Shown here one piece after another: positions 58,073 through 64,000 of a DNA stretch of 64,000 nucleotides (position 1 is its first letter; each line of letters starts with the position of its first letter). The DNA lies in contig JASSUH010000002.1 of NCBI GenBank assembly GCA_031963445.1, positions 78,772-142,771 of the forward strand, given 5' to 3'. Below the pieces are notes generated by a model. The model saw only the letters and a list, made by a program, of their open reading frames with translations. It was not told the origin of the DNA and searched no databases. Source of the stretch: Mycoavidus cysteinexigens. GTDB taxonomy: Bacteria > Pseudomonadota > Gammaproteobacteria > Burkholderiales > Burkholderiaceae. The position numbers and the translations under genes were made by a program.

Positions 58073-58387
58073 ATGAAAGATAAATGTGACATTACGAGAT
58101 TCACCACGCCAGAGGAACGCAATAATACATTAGGGGTAGAACTCGAGAAAGCGGATATTGAACATTTTACGGAACTTCTTCGAAAAGGTCTAGTCGAAGC
58201 TGCAGCCGAACACGTTCACGCGGTTCAGAATAACTTTGCGCTTCGAGCTGAAATGAGCGTTCGATTGAGCAGGCCGGTACGTAATGAACAAGGCGAGGTT
58301 ACGGAGCTTGTCGGACGAAATTTGCTTGAGGGGGTGATCCGGGCTCGAAAGATTTATATTGATCCCGACAAAGCTCCAGTTGAGTGA
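58073..58387 (+). CDS. Small hypothetical protein (104 aa) within the oxygenase cluster
   Basis: AAGGAG Shine-Dalgarno sequence. Confidence 0.55.
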   Translation: MKDKCDITRFTTPEERNNTLGVELEKADIEHFTELLRKGLVEAAAEHVHAVQNNFALRAEMSVRLSRPVRNEQGEVTELVGRNLLEGVIRARKIYIDPDKAPVE

Positions 58388-58553
58388 TTGCGGAAATGCC
58401 AGCAATCTAAGTATTTCATTTAAATACAGACTGGTGAATTGCGCCAGCCTGTATTTGTATAGTGTGCACTTTCATTTGCTATGTGACGCAAATAACTATA
58501 TGAAGCTGTAGTGAGATTTTAGTTTGCAGTGTTTGGAGAAGGTGGAGACTGAC

Positions 58554-59846
58554 ATGCGACTGTTGGCGTTGAGTGATTTAACCGACAAAGGAGAAGAATT
58601 TCTTACTGAGCCACCGCGCGTGCCTCGGGTATGGACTCCGAAGAACCAGTATATACGCAGAATATTTAGCCTGAAGGAGCTCGACGAGCTAATCATAGTG
58701 GGTGGGCTCAACGCAAAAGCTCTTACGATTGCGAATTTTAGTCGACGGGCACCTGAGTCGCAATTTACAATGCACCGTCATGGCGTTGAGCCAGCAGTTG
58801 AAAGCCTTTGTGATCCGCTCGCAATTGCGCAATTTCTTCAGCAGGGCTACTCTTTGCACCTTTCAAACGTGCAAAGATATTGTAAGGCGATTCTTGCATT
58901 TACTGACAGACTTTCGTTTGAGTTAGGCGCACCGGTAAAAGCTGATATCTTCATGACTCCGCCCGGAGCACAGGCATTTGCGGAGCACTACGACATTAAC
59001 GATAATTTCATCTGTCAGGTAACAGGGACAAAGGTATGGAGACTGTACACGCCATCGTTTGTTGACCCTCTCCCCCGTCATCCATGGCAGTGGGCGCATA
59101 TTACAGAAGAAATTCGTGAACGAGTTACCAATAGCCCCCCTGATATCGAGGTAGTTCTTCGGCCGGGGTCGGTGCTTTGGATACCTCGCGGTTGGATTCA
59201 TGCTGGCACAGCCACGGACGATACATCTCTGCATATAACGTTACGCCCTGAGCCAATCTCACTGGAATGGGTTTCTCAAAGAATGGTCGAGAGCCTCTCG
59301 GACATGAAACGAAATCTGCGCCGAAGTGTGGCTTATCGGTCACTTTTCACGCCACAAGCGGCCACAGACACACTCATCGACACCATTAAGTGCCTCAGTA
59401 GTTTACTGTCGGACGTCGACGTTAAAGCTAGCGGCTTAGATCTTTGGCGTTCCCATGGAAATCTATTCGACGGGCCTGTACTCAGGCCCGTGGCAGATGT
59501 CTGCGTAGATGAAGAAGCGGATCCAACGGTCCTTTGGGCACGTCCCGAGGGAGCAGTAGGCTACTGGCGAGCAAATGACACATTGCATCTGCACCTTGGC
59601 ACGGCTCGCAAAATTCTCACTGGTAAAAAAGCCGACTTTGTCGAGTGGCTGCTAAACGCAGGAGACCACACACGAGTAGACCACGTCGTCAAGAACTTCG
59701 CTCCTGGTATTGATTGGGTCGAATTTGTACGAGAGCTCAAAGCAATAGGTTTAATCGTGCGAGGCTCTGATCTTCCGAGTCACTGGCTTTCGGAGCCTTC
59801 TGGCTGTCAAGCCAAAGTTCAAATGTCGCATTACCAGGTCGGGTAG
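58554..59846 (+). CDS. JmjC/cupin-4 2OG-dependent oxygenase (ribosomal-oxygenase/YcfD-like fold)
   Basis: FAEHYDINDNFICQVTGTKVWRLY (HxD) and VLWIPRGWIHAGTA (distal His). The ATG at 58554 follows GGAGA. Confidence 0.7.
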   Translation: MRLLALSDLTDKGEEFLTEPPRVPRVWTPKNQYIRRIFSLKELDELIIVGGLNAKALTIANFSRRAPESQFTMHRHGVEPAVESLCDPLAIAQFLQQGYSLHLSNVQRYCKAILAFTDRLSFELGAPVKADIFMTPPGAQAFAEHYDINDNFICQVTGTKVWRLYTPSFVDPLPRHPWQWAHITEEIRERVTNSPPDIEVVLRPGSVLWIPRGWIHAGTATDDTSLHITLRPEPISLEWVSQRMVESLSDMKRNLRRSVAYRSLFTPQAATDTLIDTIKCLSSLLSDVDVKASGLDLWRSHGNLFDGPVLRPVADVCVDEEADPTVLWARPEGAVGYWRANDTLHLHLGTARKILTGKKADFVEWLLNAGDHTRVDHVVKNFAPGIDWVEFVRELKAIGLIVRGSDLPSHWLSEPSGCQAKVQMSHYQVG

Positions 59847-59876
59847 CCGAAACGCATTATTGTGCTTCGGCTACCC
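59841..59876. terminator. Stem-loop between convergent genes
   Basis: GGGTAGCCGAA...TTCGGCTACCC (11-bp stem). Confidence 0.45.
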
Positions 59877-59886
59877 GACTCTTCTT

Positions 59887-60189
59887 CTAAACGTAATGTT
59901 GACCAGCGACATTGCTCTCGTTGACTGTCATTTTAGATAAAGTGCGGCTCAGACTTGCTTTTTGGCGGCCTGTTATCTCTTCTAGTTCCGCCAAAGACTG
60001 AGGATGCCTGGCATTAATGGTATGAAGTAACGCTCTATTTTCAGCGCTTAAAATTTGCGCCAAAGATTCCAGACTATCAAACCAAACTTTAGGTGCATCA
60101 GGTTCCGGCTTAATTTCTCCTTTAGCGATAGCAACTGTATAGCGCTGAAACTCGTCACGGCGCATAATGCCTAACTTTAGTGTTTTCAT
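59887..60189 (-). CDS. HTH DNA-binding antitoxin-like regulator (MarR/HVO_A0114-like)
   Basis: MKTLKLGIM...EF..YT.AIAKGE.KPEPD.PKVWF.SLES.AQ.LS..NR.LL..I....P.SL.ELEE.TGR.K..LSRTL..M. Confidence 0.6.
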   Translation of the reverse strand: MKTLKLGIMRRDEFQRYTVAIAKGEIKPEPDAPKVWFDSLESLAQILSAENRALLHTINARHPQSLAELEEITGRQKASLSRTLSKMTVNESNVAGQHYV

Positions 60190-60311
60190 ACCCCTTCCTC
60201 ATTGAGTATTTGATTGACTAAAGCCCAAAAATCTTCCACAAGCAGCCCTGCTGAGTCGAAATAGTAATCGCTGACTACACTACGTAGTCTTTCATAAGCC
60301 AAAAATTGCAT
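60186..60311 (-). pseudogene. 41-aa ORF overlapping (ATGA) the antitoxin-like gene; possibly a truncated toxin partner
   Basis: Translated by hand as MQFLAYERLRSVVSDYYFDSAGLLVEDFWALVNQILNEEGV. Confidence 0.25.
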
Positions 60312-60368
60312 GTTAATTATTATTAATGTACCATATTAATAATTAACATGCATCTATAAAAGGCTTAT

Positions 60369-60836
60369 ATGCACACTCTTACGCTAGAACAATTACGAGC
60401 TACTAGCGACGCTGGCGGTATTGTTGGCGTTACCCTGAAAGCCTTAGGCGAGGCCTTTTTTGTTCAGATAGATACAATAAATGGCAGAGCTGCCATGTTA
60501 GCTAAGGCGCGCAGCCATGAACCGCGAGGTTTCGGCAATCCTCTTCAAGCACTCAATCTGCTCCGTAAGCTTGGGCTTGTCGTTGGCTCATTCGATGTCG
60601 CATGCTGGAATCCCGAACAGAAGAGCACTGCCCGAACGAGGCCCGACCGTACAGAAGCACTAAAAAGAACGCACGAAGCAGCGGAGCATGATAAATGGTT
60701 CCGAGCGCAGGTAGAAGAAGCAATAAAAGAAGCCGACGATCCGAATACCAAATGGGTGATGCATGAAGATGCAGAAGCCAGCTGGGCCAAAAAACGAGCT
60801 GAATTGGTTAAGCGTATTGAAGGGGATGTGGCTTGA
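60369..60836 (+). CDS. Antitoxin-like protein (C-terminal RelB/ParD-like segment fused to an unknown N-domain)
   Basis: It overlaps the downstream RelE/ParE toxin gene (TTGA). The C-terminal charged helix is ...WFRAQVEEAIKEADDP.... Confidence 0.55.
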   Translation: MHTLTLEQLRATSDAGGIVGVTLKALGEAFFVQIDTINGRAAMLAKARSHEPRGFGNPLQALNLLRKLGLVVGSFDVACWNPEQKSTARTRPDRTEALKRTHEAAEHDKWFRAQVEEAIKEADDPNTKWVMHEDAEASWAKKRAELVKRIEGDVA

Positions 60837-61120
60837 AGTTAGTATGGCTCCCCAAAGCAATTGCGAATCGTGATGCACAACTCGACTATATCGCCCAAGA
60901 CAGCCCTAAAGCGGCCATTGAGCAAGGCGACCGAATCGAACACCAAGTAATCCAGTTAATCGACCACCCGGAAATGGGTCGGCCAGGGCGAAAACAGGGC
61001 ACTTATGAGTTAGTCATTAGCCGTACACCATTTATCTTAATCTATCGTATCAAGCAGAGACCTAAACGTATTGAGCTTATGTGCCTGTTGCACGGCGCTC
61101 AGCAATGGCCGAAAGATTGA
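60833..61120 (+). CDS. Type II toxin, RelE/ParE family
   Basis: 95 aa: W...A..D...I..YI....P.AA......I......L..HP..GR.G...GT.EL.....P....YR......I.....LHG.Q.WP. Confidence 0.8.
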   Translation: MKLVWLPKAIANRDAQLDYIAQDSPKAAIEQGDRIEHQVIQLIDHPEMGRPGRKQGTYELVISRTPFILIYRIKQRPKRIELMCLLHGAQQWPKD

Positions 61121-61219
61121 GCATGCCTCTTACTGGCCGCTGAATCAAAGACTCACCGAGCAAGCCCCAGGCGGCAGTGTGCACCGGCTTATTTTAACTG
61201 TGTAGGGCTAACCGTTTAA

Positions 61220-61459
61220 ATGAGGGACCTGATGGATGATTTCGGTTCTCCTGCCGTGTCTACTGAAGACGATATAGTTCTGGTAAAAGTAAAAGGAAAG
61301 GTCTTTAAATTTCTAGCCAGTAAGAACCAGGTGCTGGAAGGCAAGTACGAGCACAATTTTCTCTCCGCCATCTCTCGGTTTGCGGTAAATGATGTCGTTA
61401 GTACAGCAGAGGCCAATCAACAAAGGCATCCTGGCCATAAAATAGCTGTTATGAACTGA
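61220..61459 (+). CDS. Hypothetical ORF whose 3' end runs into the IS left end (probably truncated)
   Basis: The stop codon lies inside the IS terminal repeat. Confidence 0.25.
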   Translation: MRDLMDDFGSPAVSTEDDIVLVKVKGKVFKFLASKNQVLEGKYEHNFLSAISRFAVNDVVSTAEANQQRHPGHKIAVMN

Positions 61460-61503
61460 CCCCAAAAAGTTGGACATCAATCTGACTCTTGGGGTTTTTT
61501 ATT

Positions 61504-62040
61504 ATGACTAGGCATACAGAGCATTTCAAACTATTAGTGATTGAAGATTATCTAAGTAACACAGCTGGTTTTATGGCTGTTGGCAATCGGCATGGAATCG
61601 AGGCGAGCACAGTGCGTAGATGGGTAGCAGCGTATCGTGTACATGGGGAAGCTAGTGTCAAAAAAAAGCGTAGTCGCTATAGTGCACAATATAAGCTTGC
61701 TGTACTGAAGCACATGCGAAAGCACGCCCTGTCCTATCGCCAAACGGAAGCCTATTTTGATATTCGTAGTGCAGGTATTATCGGCCGTTGGGAGCGCCAG
61801 TATGATGCAGGAGGTATACAAGCGCTGTCTGATTGCCCACAAAAATGCTTGAAGAAGATGCAAGACCCTACCCATCCCCCTCACCAGCCTGAAAATGATG
61901 AAAGGCGCCCACGCGAACAATGGCTTAAAGAGTTGAATTACTTGCGTATGGAGAACGCTTATCTAAAAAAGCTCAGCGCCTTAATTCAAGCGGATCAGCA
62001 GGCAATACATCGCAACAAACGCAAATCATCCTTGAATTAA
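61504..62040 (+). CDS. IS3-family transposase OrfA (HTH)
   Basis: MTRHTEHFKL... HTH, then a leucine-zipper-like end. The slippery A AAA AAG lies at 61965-61971 in the zero frame. Confidence 0.85.
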   Translation: MTRHTEHFKLLVIEDYLSNTAGFMAVGNRHGIEASTVRRWVAAYRVHGEASVKKKRSRYSAQYKLAVLKHMRKHALSYRQTEAYFDIRSAGIIGRWERQYDAGGIQALSDCPQKCLKKMQDPTHPPHQPENDERRPREQWLKELNYLRMENAYLKKLSALIQADQQAIHRNKRKSSLN

Positions 62041-62862
62041 GGCAGCATTACCCTATAGCAGGCCTGCTTAAAATAGCAGGCTTAGCGCGTAGTACCTTTT
62101 ATTATCAACGACAAGCCTTGCAAGTAAAAGATAAATATAGTGAGCTCAAAGCTAAGATTAGTACACTGTTCGAGCAGCATCGAGGAAGATATGGTTATCG
62201 GCGCATTACGCTTACCTTGCGGCAGATGGGCTTTCAAGTCAACCATAAAACCATCCAACGTTTAATGGGGCAGTTGCAACTTAAATCGTTGGTACGAGTT
62301 AAAAAATACCGCGCTTACAAAGGTCAATTGGGACGTATTGCGCCTAACCTTTTGCAAAGACAATTTAGTGCTCAACGCCCTAACCAGAAGTGGGTAACGG
62401 ATGTCACTGAGTTCAAAGTGGCCGGCCAGAAACTGTACTTCTCACCCGTGATGGATTTATATAATGCAGAGATCATTGCTTATGAAAGTTCAACAAGTCC
62501 AGTGTTTCGCATGGTGAGCAACATGCTTAACAAAGCATTCTCGCGTTTAGATCGTGAAGATAAACCCATCTCAAGGATGGCAGTATCAAATGGCCTCCTA
62601 TCGAGAACAGCTCGCACAAAAAGAGATCACCCAAAGCATGTCCCGCAAAGGCAACTGCCTTGATAATGCAGCCATGGAGAGCTTCTTCGGCACATTAAAA
62701 TCTGAGTGCTTCTACTTGAAAAAGTTCCGAAGCATCGATGAATTGCAAGCTGAATTAGACAATTACATCCATTATTACAACCATGAGCGTATCAAACTGA
62801 AACTAAAAGGGCTGAGTCCTGTCCAATTCCGAACTCAGTACGCTCATCTATCATTATCTTAA
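61971..62862 (+). pseudogene. IS3-family transposase OrfB (DDE), interrupted near 62560-62575
   Basis: The -1 frame carries WVTDVTEF (first D). The frame then changes, and the sequence continues ...SQGWQYQM...SMSRKGNCLDNAAMESFFGTLKSE. Confidence 0.8.
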
Positions 62863-63089
62863 TATCCAACTTTTTAGGGGAAGTTCAATTATTAAAGGGA
62901 TGGGTAAAAGGTATTGCCTCTTATTCTATAGCAGGCCGCTTGCTTATCTTAAAAGCAGATTAAAGCTGGCGGCTTTTCTTATTTTTGATAAGGCTTCTTA
63001 AAAGCTGTTTTGGCAATGTTGAAAAAAGCTAGCCAAGGCAGAAAAAAGACAAGAGAGTTAGGGTATTCAGACTAATCTCAAAGGATGAT

Positions 63090-63117
63090 TTGACAATTCT
63101 TTGAATATTTGTAATAT
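63090..63117 (+). promoter_or_regulatory. Near-consensus sigma70 promoter
   Basis: TTGACA - 16 nt - TAATAT. Confidence 0.55.
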
Positions 63118-63320
63118 TCGACTTGCTGCTGAAACAACGGCAGCTTGGGTTTAGTCGCCCAAATGCTTAAGACTTGGTTTTGCTTCTATGGCGGAACCTT
63201 GTGGGGAAGCCTTCGGGCTTGCCGTTTCTTAAGTGACGGTCGACTAACCCTGCTTGGTTCCGCCACCTTTTGTTTAGTCGCAAAGGGTAGCGGGGAATAG
63301 ACCCACTTAAGGAGCAAGCC

Positions 63321-63779
63321 ATGTATCACGCTCAATCCGTCCCTGAACCCCCAAGGAATTCTTCCTTACGGGATGCTTCTTTATCCCCCGATATTTCAAG
63401 TAGTCATCATGAGTGCTCTGCAAAGAGTCATTCTATTGATGCAGAGCACTCTCGACACACTCCCGACGGCTCTCACCGAGCGCTTCTTTCTCAATCTCCC
63501 CCTTCTCGTTTTAGCCTCATCCAGGCTTGGATTAAATACGCCCTTAATTTCCAACTTTTTGGGGTCAGTTCAAAGCATTCTGCCAATGTGGGGCATTCTC
63601 GACACACTCCGTACTCATCGCACAAGCCTTCTAGGTGCTCTGCCGCTGCAACCCTACCTTGCTCTTCTGGTAAAAGATTCTCTAAATCCTCCTGCGCTCG
63701 AAGTAAGCCCTCCTCCGCCAGCTTGTTTCAAGCAAATCGGGATAGTTTTTCCGCTCCCTGTTTACTAACGCATAACTAG
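63321..63779 (+). CDS. Ser/His/Pro-rich low-complexity protein (uncertain; an overlapping frame, 63373..63768, is also open)
   Basis: AAGGAG lies 6 nt before the ATG. Internal repeat HSRHTP(D/Y).SH(R/K). Confidence 0.35.
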   Translation: MYHAQSVPEPPRNSSLRDASLSPDISSSHHECSAKSHSIDAEHSRHTPDGSHRALLSQSPPSRFSLIQAWIKYALNFQLFGVSSKHSANVGHSRHTPYSSHKPSRCSAAATLPCSSGKRFSKSSCARSKPSSASLFQANRDSFSAPCLLTHN

Positions 63780-63789
63780 GGGGAGCGCT

Positions 63790-64000
63790 ATGCGAATCTT
63801 AGCTGCAACAACAGCGGCCCCTTGTCGCCTGAGCGAAAAGGTAATGCTGACTGATAGAAACCAAAAATCAGATGAATTAGCAAAAGAGGTTCAAGCTGAG
63901 TCAAACCCTCTTTTTAGCCAAGATGATTTTGTATACGTTCAAGACTTTGCAAAAGAATGGGAGGTACTTCCTACTCAGCGCAAAAATGAGCCTGTGCTTT
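63790..64000 (+). CDS. Hypothetical protein, 5' partial (runs off the window)
   Basis: Hand translation gives MRILAATTAAPCRLSEKVMLTDRNQKSDELAKEVQAESNPLFSQDDFVYVQDFAKEWEVLPTQRKNEPVL..., preceded by GGGGGAG. Confidence 0.4.
   Translation, partial: MRILAATTAAPCRLSEKVMLTDRNQKSDELAKEVQAESNPLFSQDDFVYVQDFAKEWEVLPTQRKNEPVL

Larger units (their letters stand above)
61452..62887 (+). mobile_element. IS3-family insertion sequence (~1.44 kb), transposase damaged
   Basis: Terminal IRs are TGAACTGACCCCAAAAAGTTGGACAT and the reverse complement TGAACTTCCCCTAAAAAGTTGGATAT. The orfA/orfB arrangement includes an A_AAA_AAG slippery site. Confidence 0.85.

Noticed and set aside
1-64000. Search for tRNA/tmRNA genes, att sites or an integrase to decide ICE versus plasmid
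   Set aside because: I saw no tRNA-like T-arm or acceptor signatures and no tyrosine integrase by eye. The question cannot be settled from this window.

Overview
The window is a compositionally mosaic accessory region. It is most likely part of a conjugative plasmid or ICE from an AT-rich, host-associated (Legionellales-like) gammaproteobacterium; the taxon is an inference. No tRNA, rRNA, CRISPR array, tyrosine integrase or mating-pair-formation genes are visible. The backbone is an R388-like DNA-transfer module: a candidate oriT near 36.99-37.08 kb, an RHH accessory protein, a TraD/TrwB-type coupling protein and a TrwC/TraI MOBF relaxase. This module is split by cargo: two F-box/LRR genes and a DUF1016 nuclease. 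Left of the predicted nic (about 25.5-36.9 kb) lies what reads as a leading region. Its + strand genes (SSB-like, DUF3560, paralogous unknowns, a HEAT-repeat protein) each follow a repeated GC-rich composite structured element. That element has an ~180-nt multi-hairpin module, a 220-230-nt long hairpin and a conserved tail. One copy carries an intact group II intron inserted precisely. Other content includes two very large NACHT-pentapeptide-WD40 STAND genes, both frame-disrupted. One of them has twelve near-identical 129-bp WD40 units. There are also three HEAT-repeat proteins, a tandem-repeat protein, a second decayed group II intron, and a serine resolvase with a candidate res site and flanking direct repeats. 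The window also holds three type II TA pairs plus an orphan antitoxin, and a damaged IS3-family element. A tightly coupled + strand operon at 54-59.9 kb encodes a methyltransferase-fold protein, a HExxH protein, a TIGR02466-type 2OG oxygenase with a degenerate paralog, a small protein and a JmjC/cupin oxygenase. All domain assignments come from motifs read by eye, not from database searches.
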